From positions 930 to 35,430 of the forward strand of contig JAJXEL010000002.1 of NCBI GenBank assembly GCA_021639925.1: a DNA stretch of 34,501 bases, given 5' to 3'. The DNA is from Alphaproteobacteria bacterium (GTDB lineage Bacteria; Pseudomonadota; Alphaproteobacteria; CAAGCB01; CAG-977). Shown piece by piece: positions 23,735-32,693 of this stretch; the first letter of the stretch is position 1, and the number at the start of each line of letters is the position of its first letter. Both the position numbers and the translations under genes were made by a program. The notes beneath the pieces are model-generated. The model made no database searches. It worked only from the letters and a program-made list of their open reading frames with translations, and was not told where the DNA came from.

Positions 23735-24100
23735 ATGGGATTAAGAGTAGCCGGATCAATCGAAGTCAAAACGGACGGCAGCATTTTGGAAGCCAAAGGC
23801 CAGTGGTCTTATAACCTCGGCCACCCGAAGCGCGAGCCGATATACGGCGCGAACCTGAAAGTACTGGGATACAAGGAAACGGCGCAGGAACCGTATATCG
23901 AAGGCGAAATTCAGGACAGCGAAGAATTGGACGTGGCGGCAATCGTTCAGATGAAAAACAAAACCGTTACACTGTCTTTGCAAAACGGCAAAACGATTTC
24001 GCTTAAAAACGCCTTTTACAGCGGGGACGGAACCGTAACCTGCGAAGAAGGGACTTTGCCTGTCAAATTCACCGGAACCGATGCGGAGGAGATTGTTTAA
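23735..24100 (+). CDS. tail tube protein (Mu gpM-like)
   Basis: 121 aa. AAGGAGG RBS. Lies between sheath and chaperone. Confidence 0.7.
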   Translation: MGLRVAGSIEVKTDGSILEAKGQWSYNLGHPKREPIYGANLKVLGYKETAQEPYIEGEIQDSEELDVAAIVQMKNKTVTLSLQNGKTISLKNAFYSGDGTVTCEEGTLPVKFTGTDAEEIV

Positions 24101-24424
24101 ATGGTCGTTAAATACACGCTTAAAACCCCGATTTCATGGGGCGAAAACGAAACGATAACCGAATTGACCGTGCGCCGTCCGACTGCCGGCGATTTCAGGG
24201 GCATTGAATTGAAAAAAAATGTCGAAGTGTCGTTTGACGATATGCTGACTTTGGCAAGCCGTACGACCGGAACGGAAAAAGCAAAGCTGGAACGTCTGGA
24301 CGTCGCCGATATGACGGAGGTTTATTCGATCATATCAAATTTTATCAGTCCTTCCCCGCAGACTGGGAACGCGGCGTCCGACTGCTTGCCGGATACCCGT
24401 TCCATATCGACATTGACCGAATAA
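24101..24424 (+). CDS. tail assembly chaperone (Mu gp41-like), short isoform
   Basis: 107 aa, directly upstream of the tape measure gene. Confidence 0.65.
   Translation: MVVKYTLKTPISWGENETITELTVRRPTAGDFRGIELKKNVEVSFDDMLTLASRTTGTEKAKLERLDVADMTEVYSIISNFISPSPQTGNAASDCLPDTRSISTLTE
24337..24343 (+). promoter_or_regulatory. candidate -1 programmed frameshift heptamer A AAT TTT; the predicted long chaperone isoform ends at 24519
   Basis: The X XXY YYZ pattern is in the zero frame (tca aat ttt). The -1 frame is open from at least 24301 through 24519 (…YQSFPADWERGVRLLAGYPFHIDIDRIMRMDADDLAFWVKMAQQRLKEEEQWQTRNSV*) and overlaps the TMP start. Confidence 0.5.
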
Positions 24425-24494
24425 TGCGTATGGACGCCGACGACTTGGCTTTTTGGGTCAAAATGGCGCAGCAGCGTTTAAAGGAAGAAGAACA

Positions 24495-25994
24495 ATGGCA
24501 GACAAGGAACTCAGTTTAAAAGTCAAATTGATTGACGCGATGAGCGCGGGCATGAAAAGCCTGTCTTCCGCTTTGCGCAAAATGACGCTTGGCTTTAAAA
24601 ACAATTTTGCCGGAGTTTCTTCTTCTTTTATGTCATTGAAATCGTCTTTTTCAACGACATTGTCGGCATTAAACGGCATAGTTTTAAAAACGGCGGCTGT
24701 CGGCGCGGGGTTGGCTTGGGGGTTTAAACGGAACTTTCTGGACGTGGCCGCCATGTTTGAAGACATGGAAACCGTTTTGACAACGTTGGAAGGATCTTCG
24801 GCCAATGCCAAAAAGGCAATGGAGTGGATTTCCGATTTTGCCGTTAAAACGCCCTATGAACTCTCGGACGTAACGGAAGCCTATAAAAACCTTGTCTCTG
24901 CGGGGATTGACCCGATGAACGGCAGTTTGCTGGCAATCGGAGATGCGGCGGCGGCTTCGGGAAAACCCCTGTTACAGTTGGTTGATGCCGTCGGAAAGGC
25001 AAAATCGGGTCAATTTGAACAACTGCGCACGGCAATCGGCGGTATTTATAAAATGGTCGGCCAAAAGATGACCTACACCTTTTTTGATAAAAACAAACAA
25101 AAAGTCACGCTTTACGCCGACGTGCGCAATATGGAAGCGTTGGAAAAACTGGTTTACGAAGTTTTTAACCGCAAAGGTTACTCCGGCGCGATGGAAGGAC
25201 TGTCCAAAACGTGGTCGGGTATGGTTTCAAACTTGTCTGACCAATGGACGCGGTTTTCCAAAATGGTTATGGAATCAGGCCCGTTTAAATGGCTGAAAAA
25301 TGAACTGTCCTCTTTGTTAAATACGGTTGACGCTATGGCGGATAACGGTTCGTTACAGATATGGGCGGAAAAGACGGGCGCGGCCTTTGTCAACGGGTTT
25401 ATCACGGCAAAAAATGCCGTTATTGAAATTTGGGACGCTTTAAAAAGTTTCGGCGGTTTTATGCAAACTCTTGTCGGGTTTGTCGGCGGATTTAAAAACG
25501 CCCTGTTGATACTGGCGGGGGTCATGTCCGGCGCGTTGCTGGTTTCTTTGGGTGTGCTGGTCAAGGCTTTAGCGGCGTTCGGTCTGATGTTGCTGACCAA
25601 CCCGATCGGGCAATTTGTCGTTATCCTGTTTGCCGCAGGTGTTGCTTTGAAAAAAATTGCCGACTGGTCTTTAAAAATCGCCTCCATCATTGAAGGCGGA
25701 ACGGGCTGGCTGTTGGAAAAGATTTTCGGCCGCCGCGAAAAACAGAAAAATTCTGAAAAGGACAATGCGGCAGAAACTTTGCCGGAAACCCCGGAAATGC
25801 GGCCTGTTTTGTTTGATGAAACACCCGTTGCCGTACCGTCCGTTCAAACACAGCGGATTGAAGAAGCCAAAACGCTTCGCACGGAAGTCGTTATTCGCGG
25901 GGAAAATCTGCCTGTCGGAATGCGTTTAAACGTTGCAAGTTCAGATGCGGACAGAACGGAAATCGGGTTAACCAGAACTTTGGCGGGGGCGTAA
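24495..25994 (+). CDS. tail tape measure protein (499 aa)
   Basis: Follows the chaperone gene. Helical N-terminal half, hydrophobic Gly/Ala/Leu-rich segment (FVGGFKNALLILAGVMSGALLVSLGVLVKALAAFGLMLL). Confidence 0.8.
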   Translation: MADKELSLKVKLIDAMSAGMKSLSSALRKMTLGFKNNFAGVSSSFMSLKSSFSTTLSALNGIVLKTAAVGAGLAWGFKRNFLDVAAMFEDMETVLTTLEGSSANAKKAMEWISDFAVKTPYELSDVTEAYKNLVSAGIDPMNGSLLAIGDAAAASGKPLLQLVDAVGKAKSGQFEQLRTAIGGIYKMVGQKMTYTFFDKNKQKVTLYADVRNMEALEKLVYEVFNRKGYSGAMEGLSKTWSGMVSNLSDQWTRFSKMVMESGPFKWLKNELSSLLNTVDAMADNGSLQIWAEKTGAAFVNGFITAKNAVIEIWDALKSFGGFMQTLVGFVGGFKNALLILAGVMSGALLVSLGVLVKALAAFGLMLLTNPIGQFVVILFAAGVALKKIADWSLKIASIIEGGTGWLLEKIFGRREKQKNSEKDNAAETLPETPEMRPVLFDETPVAVPSVQTQRIEEAKTLRTEVVIRGENLPVGMRLNVASSDADRTEIGLTRTLAGA

Positions 25995-25995
25995 A

Positions 25996-27210
25996 ATGGG
26001 TTGGAAAGACGATTTGCGCGAGGCTTCGTTTAAAGGTATTCCGTTTTTCGTTGACAAGGTTGAGGATGAATTCGGCAGGCGTATTGTACATAACGAATTT
26101 CCCGGCAAGGAAATCGGCAGCATTCAGGACTTAGGCCGTAAAGACGACGTTTATAATATCACGGGATTTTTGTTCGGCGATTACGCCAAAAATCTGGAAA
26201 GTTTGGAAGACGCGCTTAACGAAGCGGGTTCAGGCGCCTTGGTGCACCCGTACCGGGCGTCGGCAAACGTCGTTCCTGACGGTTACAGCGTGATCCGTAT
26301 CAAAGACGACGGCGGATACACGCAAATCAATATGCGTTTTATCAAAGCGGAGTTTGAAGGCGGCATCGTCATTACGGCCAGCTTCACCAACAGATTATCT
26401 GCGGCGGCGCAAAAGGCGGCTGATCTGTCGGGAAAGGAATTTGCATCAAAGTTTGATTTAGCCGGATTGCCGTCGTCTTTGGCTGAATTAAGCAATACCA
26501 AACTTGAAACGTTGACAAAAACTTTGCTTGACCCCGTTTCCGACGTTGCGGCGGGTGTTAAGGAATTTCAGGAAGGAACGGCGGAACTGTATAACTCCGT
26601 TGCCGAATGGAATGCGGTGATTACGGCTTTTTCGGACAATCCTTTAAAGGCTTTGGCCGGCGGAGCGGGATTTCAGCAAAATCTGCTGGATCTGTTTCAA
26701 TTTCCCGGTTTGTCCGGAAAATCAAAACTGATTGCCCAGCGGCGGTTTTTTTACGATTTCGGATCGTCGCAGCCAAAAAAGAACATTGCTGCAAAATTAA
26801 AGCGTCAGGTTGATCAAAATGAAAAGGCTTTATCCGCCGTTGTTCGCCAAACGGCTGTCATCGCGGCGGCTCAAACAGTTTTAAACGTTGATTTTGATAC
26901 GTATGACGAAGCCGTTTTGTTGCGTGACGAACTGGCGGACGTTTTAGATACGGAAATTGTTTCGACTGAAAACGTCGAATTGGCGCAAACGCTGCAAGAT
27001 CTGCAAAAAACGCTTATCGAGGCGATGACGGAACGATCAGCCGATTTAAAAACGGTATCAAGCTATGAAACCAAAAGCGTTCTGCCTGCCTGCGTGATCG
27101 CCTATGAATTATACGGCGATTATGCCAAAGCGGACGAAATCGTCAGCCGCAACAAAATCAAAAATCCGTTGTTCGTTCCCGCAAATAAAACGCTGGAGGT
27201 GTTGGTATGA
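25996..27210 (+). CDS. Mu gpN-like DNA circularisation protein
   Basis: The N-terminus WKDDLREASFKGIPFFVDKVEDEFGRRIVHNEFPGKE matches the DNA_circ_N motif (ASFRG.PF...GGRR...HE.P). Confidence 0.8.
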   Translation: MGWKDDLREASFKGIPFFVDKVEDEFGRRIVHNEFPGKEIGSIQDLGRKDDVYNITGFLFGDYAKNLESLEDALNEAGSGALVHPYRASANVVPDGYSVIRIKDDGGYTQINMRFIKAEFEGGIVITASFTNRLSAAAQKAADLSGKEFASKFDLAGLPSSLAELSNTKLETLTKTLLDPVSDVAAGVKEFQEGTAELYNSVAEWNAVITAFSDNPLKALAGGAGFQQNLLDLFQFPGLSGKSKLIAQRRFFYDFGSSQPKKNIAAKLKRQVDQNEKALSAVVRQTAVIAAAQTVLNVDFDTYDEAVLLRDELADVLDTEIVSTENVELAQTLQDLQKTLIEAMTERSADLKTVSSYETKSVLPACVIAYELYGDYAKADEIVSRNKIKNPLFVPANKTLEVLV

Positions 27211-28259
27211 TCGGCGTTTCATTAAGGATTGAAGATCAGATTTTTAAAGGCTGGACGTCACTACAGGTTTCTTCCGCGATAGACGCGATTGCCGGCGAAT
27301 TTAACATTTCCGCCGAACAATCGGGCGGCGTATTGATTTATCCGGGGGCTTCGGCTGTTTTAAAATTGGAAAATCAAGTCGTTTGTTCCGGTTATATTAC
27401 AGCCTCTGCAGCAAACATATCGGCAAACGAATGCGGTTTATCGTTAAACGGAGCGGATAAAACCGTTGATTTGGCGGATTGCTCCGTTATCGCAGAGCCT
27501 GACGAATGGTTTAACCTGAACTTATATGAAATCGCCGTCAAACTCTGCCGGCCCTTTAAGATAAAAGTCGTCAATCAGGTTTCCGATACGGGCGAAGCGT
27601 TTAAATCCTTTAAAATCCAGCCCGGAGAAAGCGTCTTTGATGCTTTGGACAGAGCTGCAAAAGCCCGCGCCGTTTTGGTTACTTCGGACGCTTCGGGAAA
27701 TTTGGTTTTAACGCGCGCAGGGTTAAACGGAACCTCAGATGATTTAGTTTACGGTGAAAATATTCTTGAAGCCGTTTTGAATTCAGACTGGTCAAACCGT
27801 TTTTCAAACTACACCGTTAAAAATCAAACGGTCATAACGGATGATACGCAGGAAAATGCGAATGCTTCGGGAACGTCTGAAGATTTGAACGTTAAGCGTT
27901 ACCGCCCGTTGTTGCAGGTTATTCAAAATGCGGAAAACGGCATTGCCGTTTCCGAATTGGCGGCTTGGGAAGCCTGCGTTCGTTCCGGCTGTTCGGCAAA
28001 CGTTGAAATCACGGTTGAAGGTTGGACACAAAAAAGCGGGCTTCTGTGGCAGAAAAATACTTTATCCCGCGTTTATATCCCGCGTTTTGGGATCAACGCT
28101 AACCTTTTAATCAAAGAAGTTTCTTTTTCGTTGGGTAATGACGGCGCAAAGACGAGGCTTTCCCTCGTAAATCCGGACGCATACAAACGTTTGCCGATCG
28201 TAAAGAAATCCAAAGACGCCGGCGGTCTTTTGCCTCCGGACGCGATTGAAATCAAGTGA
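27207..28259 (+). CDS. Mu gpP-like tail/baseplate hub protein
   Basis: 350 aa. Lies between the gpN-like and gp45-like genes. FKIQPGESVFDALDRAAKARAVLVTSDASGNLVLTRAG block. Confidence 0.7.
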   Translation: MIGVSLRIEDQIFKGWTSLQVSSAIDAIAGEFNISAEQSGGVLIYPGASAVLKLENQVVCSGYITASAANISANECGLSLNGADKTVDLADCSVIAEPDEWFNLNLYEIAVKLCRPFKIKVVNQVSDTGEAFKSFKIQPGESVFDALDRAAKARAVLVTSDASGNLVLTRAGLNGTSDDLVYGENILEAVLNSDWSNRFSNYTVKNQTVITDDTQENANASGTSEDLNVKRYRPLLQVIQNAENGIAVSELAAWEACVRSGCSANVEITVEGWTQKSGLLWQKNTLSRVYIPRFGINANLLIKEVSFSLGNDGAKTRLSLVNPDAYKRLPIVKKSKDAGGLLPPDAIEIK

Positions 28260-28266
28260 GGCTTTA

Positions 28267-28866
28267 ATGGATACTTTAACAAGGCTTTTAAAAAACCTTC
28301 AATCCCGCGTTTTGCTGATGATCGGTCGCGGTGTTTTAAAGGCTGTGTCAGATAATTCAAACGCCCAGCTGTGTCAGGTGTCTTTGCTGGACGGCGAATT
28401 GAAAAGTAATGTGGAGCGCGTGCAAAATTACGGCGTCACTTCCGTTCCGCCCGAAGGGGCTTTGGCTACGGTTTTATTCGTCGGCGGAGACCGTTCAAAC
28501 GGGCTGATCATCGCGGCGGAAGACAGAAAAATCCGCGTCAAAGGACTAAAGGCGGGTGAAATAGCCATTTATACGGACGAAGGCGATGAAATCTATTTAA
28601 AACGCGGTAACGAAATCGCTTTTAAGACAAAAACGATGACGGTTTCGGCACAGTCGGCCGTCGATATTACGGCTCCGGCCATAACGCTGAACGGTGCGGT
28701 CAGCATTTCGGAAACGTTGGACGTTACGCAAGACATCACGAGTAAGGCGGAGGTCGCCGATAAAAAAGGAAACTTGACGACAATTCGTTCAATTTTTGAC
28801 GCGCATACGCACAAAGATTCCGTTCAAGCTCCGACAACGCCGCCGCTCGTAACGATGGGAGGCTGA
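28267..28866 (+). CDS. baseplate assembly protein V / spike (Mu gp45-like)
   Basis: VQNYGVTSVPPEGALATVLFVGGDRSNGLIIAAEDR and AGEIAIYTDEGDEIYLK blocks are typical of gpV-type proteins. Start ATG at 28267. Confidence 0.75.
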   Translation: MDTLTRLLKNLQSRVLLMIGRGVLKAVSDNSNAQLCQVSLLDGELKSNVERVQNYGVTSVPPEGALATVLFVGGDRSNGLIIAAEDRKIRVKGLKAGEIAIYTDEGDEIYLKRGNEIAFKTKTMTVSAQSAVDITAPAITLNGAVSISETLDVTQDITSKAEVADKKGNLTTIRSIFDAHTHKDSVQAPTTPPLVTMGG

Positions 28867-28867
28867 G

Positions 28868-29260
28868 ATGGACGCAGCGTTTGAAATTACAAAAGAAATG
28901 ACCGGAGATCTGATTTACCAAAACGGCGGGTTGAAAACAGACAGCGGATTGAAGACGGCGATTTTAATTTCTGTATTTTCCGACGCCCGCGAAAGAAATC
29001 AGCGGGGCTGGTGGGGCGGAGAAATCGGATCGAAACTTTGGACGCTTCAAAACGTCAAGCGTTCGACGGAAACGTTGAAAAAGGCGCAGGATTTCGCCCA
29101 AGAAGCCCTGTCTTGGCTAATTGAAGAAAAAATCTGCAAAAAAGTGTCCGTTTCGGCGGCGTATGACAATTACGGCCGCCTGATGCTTTCCGTTGATCTG
29201 CAAAAGCACGACGGTAACGCCCGATTTGATTTTTTATGGAGAAACGACGATGGCCTTTAA
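28868..29260 (+). CDS. Mu gp46-like baseplate protein
   Basis: 130 aa. WWGGEIGSKLWTL...AQEALSWLIEE pattern. Confidence 0.7.
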   Translation: MDAAFEITKEMTGDLIYQNGGLKTDSGLKTAILISVFSDARERNQRGWWGGEIGSKLWTLQNVKRSTETLKKAQDFAQEALSWLIEEKICKKVSVSAAYDNYGRLMLSVDLQKHDGNARFDFLWRNDDGL

Positions 29261-30314
29261 TACGCCGAGTTATGAAGATTTGCTGGAACAAAACAAAGCG
29301 AATATCCGTTCAAAATTTCCGGACGCCAGTTTGTTGTCCCGTTCTTTTCTGACCGTTTATGCCAAAATAATCGCTATGGCGACCTACGGCCTTTATAAGT
29401 TCGGCGAATGGATTTTTCGCCAGATCTTTATTGACACGGCTGATGCGGAAAATTTGGAACGCCATGCTAAAAACAGAGGAAAGCCCAGAAAAGAAGCCAG
29501 TTTTGCACAAGGAAACGTCATTTTTAAAGGAACTGACGGCGTATCAATCCCCGCTGATACGGAATTAAAACGTGCGGACGGCGTTTTTTATAAAACGATA
29601 TCTTCGGCTGGTATAGCAGACGGTCAAGCAGTCGTTCCCGTCAAAGCCGTCAACGCCAGTCAAAGCGGAAACCTTGAGGCCGATTCCATATTATCCATGA
29701 CGTCGGCGATTGTCGGTATTGAAACGGCTGTAACCGTTGCCGAAAACGGCATTTCCGGAGGATATGACGTTGAAGATATAGAGGATTTGCGCGCGCGTTT
29801 AAAATCGTTCATTCAAAATCCGCCGCTGGGCGGAGCGGATTCGGACTATATCGCTTGGGCTAAAGAAGTTCCAGGCGTCACCCGCGCGTGGTGTTATCCG
29901 AATGCTATGGGACTTGGAACAGTAACTGTCCGTTTTGTCATGGACAACAAAACAGATACGATTCTGCCCGGGGAAAACGAAATCAACGCCGTGCGAGATT
30001 ACATCATGTCGAAAGTTCCGGCAACGGTCGAGGAAGTCTACGTTATGGCTCCGACGGCAAAGGTCATTGATTTTGTCATCAATGATTTAAACCCGGCCGA
30101 TGACGATACGAAAGCCGGCATTCGTTCAAATTTGGAAGATCTGTTCCTTTCGGCAGAACCCGGCAAAGTCTTAAAGCTGAATGCAATCCGAAACGCCGTC
30201 ATCACGGTCACCGAAGACCACGTTTTAGCCGCACCGACAGCGGATATTCATACTCAAGACCATGAACTTGCGATTTTAGGTTCCATCTCTTACGGAACAA
30301 GCGAGGTCGTATGA
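29250..30314 (+). CDS. baseplate J-like protein (Mu gp47-like)
   Basis: 354 aa from the ATG at 29250, in the conserved position after the gp46-like gene. Confidence 0.75.
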   Translation: MAFNTPSYEDLLEQNKANIRSKFPDASLLSRSFLTVYAKIIAMATYGLYKFGEWIFRQIFIDTADAENLERHAKNRGKPRKEASFAQGNVIFKGTDGVSIPADTELKRADGVFYKTISSAGIADGQAVVPVKAVNASQSGNLEADSILSMTSAIVGIETAVTVAENGISGGYDVEDIEDLRARLKSFIQNPPLGGADSDYIAWAKEVPGVTRAWCYPNAMGLGTVTVRFVMDNKTDTILPGENEINAVRDYIMSKVPATVEEVYVMAPTAKVIDFVINDLNPADDDTKAGIRSNLEDLFLSAEPGKVLKLNAIRNAVITVTEDHVLAAPTADIHTQDHELAILGSISYGTSEVV

Positions 30315-30892
30315 ATTATCTAAATCAACTTTATGCCTTGCTTCCGAAAGGAAAAATCTGGGAACAAAAACCGGACTCCGTCATGTGTCGCCTGTTAAAC
30401 GTAGCGGCTGATGCATTGTATGACGTTCACCTGTTTTTTGAACAGATTTTGCGCGAATCCGATATTTCCACGGCAACGGAACTCAGCCTTGACGAATGGG
30501 AAACGGATTACGGCTTGCCCGATATTTGTTCATACGGCGTCAACACCTTGCCCATCGAGCGCCGCAAAGCCGTTCAAGCCCGAATGAATATGGGCGCAGG
30601 GCAAGAAAAAACGGCTTATGAACAAGTAATAAAAGATCTGGGCTACGTCGGTTCGGTAACAGCTATTCAGCCCTTTATCTGCGGAAAATCCCGTTTAGGA
30701 AAAGACGCTTTAAACAATGAAATGCACTGCCGATTTTGCCTGATCGTTTCCTTTTATCCGCGCGTTACGACATTTACGAACGAAAACGGCGAAACCGAAG
30801 AAAAAACGGTCTACGGCGATGACCTGATGTGTACGCTTGACCGTATGAAACAATCCCACACGCGCATTTATTATAAAATCTTGGAGGATTAA
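30311..30892 (+). CDS. Mu gp48-like tail protein (DUF2313)
   Basis: LLPKGKIWEQKPDSVMCRLLNVAADAL...SDISTATELSLDEWETDYGLPDIC matches the DUF2313 pattern. Confidence 0.75.
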   Translation: MNYLNQLYALLPKGKIWEQKPDSVMCRLLNVAADALYDVHLFFEQILRESDISTATELSLDEWETDYGLPDICSYGVNTLPIERRKAVQARMNMGAGQEKTAYEQVIKDLGYVGSVTAIQPFICGKSRLGKDALNNEMHCRFCLIVSFYPRVTTFTNENGETEEKTVYGDDLMCTLDRMKQSHTRIYYKILED

Positions 30893-31420
30893 ATGAAGTA
30901 TAATCAGCCGCATAACGAAACGGATCCGAATGCCGGATATAAGGATTTCAACCTTGATACGGGCGAACCCGGATCTATTCCTCCGGCAATCGCCATTGAA
31001 TCTCCGCAGCGCGAGATTGTAGCGGCGATTACGGCGGCGGGGTTGACGCCTGACGGCAATGACAACACGCAGTTATCTCAGGCGATCAAGGCGGAAATCA
31101 AAGCGGACGTGCAGGACATAGTTTCGATTAGCGCGACGTCGGGGACTGTCGCGTTAAATGCCAATACGCTATATAAAATGACGATCAGCGGGGAAACAAC
31201 TTTTTCTTTGCCGTCGACGGTCAACGCGGAAAAGCACAATCAAATCAAGATACTGGCCAACCTGTCCGTTGTTTCGGCGATCAATTTCGGGACGGACAAA
31301 TACTTTAACTGCGAACCTCCCGATATGAGCGAAGCAGGATACTACGACATTTATATAGATTACGACCCGCACCAGGCGTCTTGGGTCGCGGGGGCGATTC
31401 GCAAAGGATCGGCCGAATGA
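30893..31420 (+). CDS. tail fibre protein, proximal part (175 aa)
   Basis: GEPGSIPPAIAIESPQREIVAAITAAGLTPDGNDNTQLSQAIK is a typical tail-fibre N-terminal motif. Confidence 0.7.
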   Translation: MKYNQPHNETDPNAGYKDFNLDTGEPGSIPPAIAIESPQREIVAAITAAGLTPDGNDNTQLSQAIKAEIKADVQDIVSISATSGTVALNANTLYKMTISGETTFSLPSTVNAEKHNQIKILANLSVVSAINFGTDKYFNCEPPDMSEAGYYDIYIDYDPHQASWVAGAIRKGSAE

Positions 31421-32169
31421 AACGTTATCACAGCAAGAAACTGATATTGATTAAGAGAATACCCGCCGGGACTGTTTTGTTTGAAAACGCGACGCCGGGA
31501 TCAGGGATTGATTTTGTCGTGCCGCATGGCGTTAAAGGTTTGTATTTTGACGTCCGCGGCGCGTGCGGTTACGGCGGTTCGGCGGGCGGACGGGTAACGG
31601 GATTGTTAAAAGTTCCTGCCGGAACAGTATTACATTTTGTGACGGCTTATACAAAGACCGATCACATAACCCCGCAGTATAACGCTTCAGACATAAGAAT
31701 ACCGGCTTTAAGTCCGGAGAACTGGCTCAGTCAACGCATTGTAGTCGCTGCCGGCGGCGGTTCTCATTCAAGCCGGGGAGCTGCCGGAGGAATCGGCGGC
31801 GGATTGCAGGGAGCGCAGGGAAATCCGGGCTATAGATCGGACGCGGGCGGCTTTGGCGGCACACAAACGGCGCCGGGGTCGGGCGGAGTGGGCCAACCCG
31901 TTTCAACCGGTCATTACCATAGCGGTAATGTTTCACCAGATGGCGCACACGGCGGCGCAGGTATTACCTGCGGATATTGCGGTCAAACCGGCGCAGGCGG
32001 AGCCGGTTGGTACGGCGGAGGCTCAGGGGCGGGGGATTGGAATAAAAACGGCGGGTATGCTGCCGGTGGCGGAGGCGGTTCTTCTTACACAAATCCGATC
32101 TATTGCAGCGAAGTAACGCATTACGCGGGTGTTTCAGCGGCAGGATACATTTTAATCACAGCAGCTTAA
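31417..32169 (+). CDS. glycine-rich domain protein 1, putative distal fibre / receptor-binding protein (250 aa)
   Basis: The ATG at 31417 overlaps the upstream TGA. YNASDIRI, VVAAGGGS, GAGGAGWYGGGSG and GGGGGSSYT blocks. Paralogue of 32694-33464. Confidence 0.6.
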   Translation: MKRYHSKKLILIKRIPAGTVLFENATPGSGIDFVVPHGVKGLYFDVRGACGYGGSAGGRVTGLLKVPAGTVLHFVTAYTKTDHITPQYNASDIRIPALSPENWLSQRIVVAAGGGSHSSRGAAGGIGGGLQGAQGNPGYRSDAGGFGGTQTAPGSGGVGQPVSTGHYHSGNVSPDGAHGGAGITCGYCGQTGAGGAGWYGGGSGAGDWNKNGGYAAGGGGGSSYTNPIYCSEVTHYAGVSAAGYILITAA

Positions 32170-32179
32170 GGAAAGTCCT

Positions 32180-32632
32180 ATGATATACGCAAAACTAATC
32201 AATGAAAACCAAATCGAAACTGCCCCGAAGAACAAGGGCGGTTGGGTTAATTACGACAAAAACACGGAACTTTTGTCGGCGGACGGTTATTTGCCCCTCG
32301 TCGTTATTGAAGAACCGTCGACGGAAAAGCCGATTATCAAATACCGGCAAATTAACGGTCGGATCGAACAATACGCCGAAGCCGCGCCGGTTCCCGCCGT
32401 TCCGGAACAGACTCCCGAACAACAGGAAATGCAAGTCCGGGCTCAGCGTAATTCTTTACTTACTTTGTGCGATTGGACGCAGCTGGCCGACGCACCTTTG
32501 ACAACGGAACAAAAACAAGAATGGGTGGAATACCGGCAGGCTTTGCGCGATATTCCTGAACAAACAGGATTTCCCGACGCCGTTGTTTGGCCGTCCGCGC
32601 CTGAAACGGAGGCGGCAGATGTTAGCGTTTAA
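32180..32632 (+). CDS. tail fibre assembly chaperone
   Basis: The C-terminal block RNSLLTLCDWTQLADAPLTTEQKQEWVEYRQALRDIPEQ is the conserved tail-fibre-assembly (Tfa/gpU-type) motif. Confidence 0.75.
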   Translation: MIYAKLINENQIETAPKNKGGWVNYDKNTELLSADGYLPLVVIEEPSTEKPIIKYRQINGRIEQYAEAAPVPAVPEQTPEQQEMQVRAQRNSLLTLCDWTQLADAPLTTEQKQEWVEYRQALRDIPEQTGFPDAVVWPSAPETEAADVSV

Positions 32633-32639
32633 ATTGTCG

Positions 32640-32650
32640 CCCCCCCCCCC
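32640..32650. repeat. homopolymeric C tract (11 C), intergenic
   Basis: Read directly from the sequence. It starts 8 nt after the chaperone stop and ends 43 nt before the ATG at 32694. Confidence 0.95.
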
Positions 32651-32693
32651 GAGATTCTAAGAATTGTTGTGCCTCTTTATACGGAGGCGCGGT

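Noticed and set aside
32640-32650. Poly-C tract as a translational frameshift switch within a coding region
   Set aside because: The tract lies after the chaperone stop (32630-32632). An in-frame TAA at 32658-32660 separates it from the downstream ORF, so only a transcriptional (promoter spacer) role is possible.
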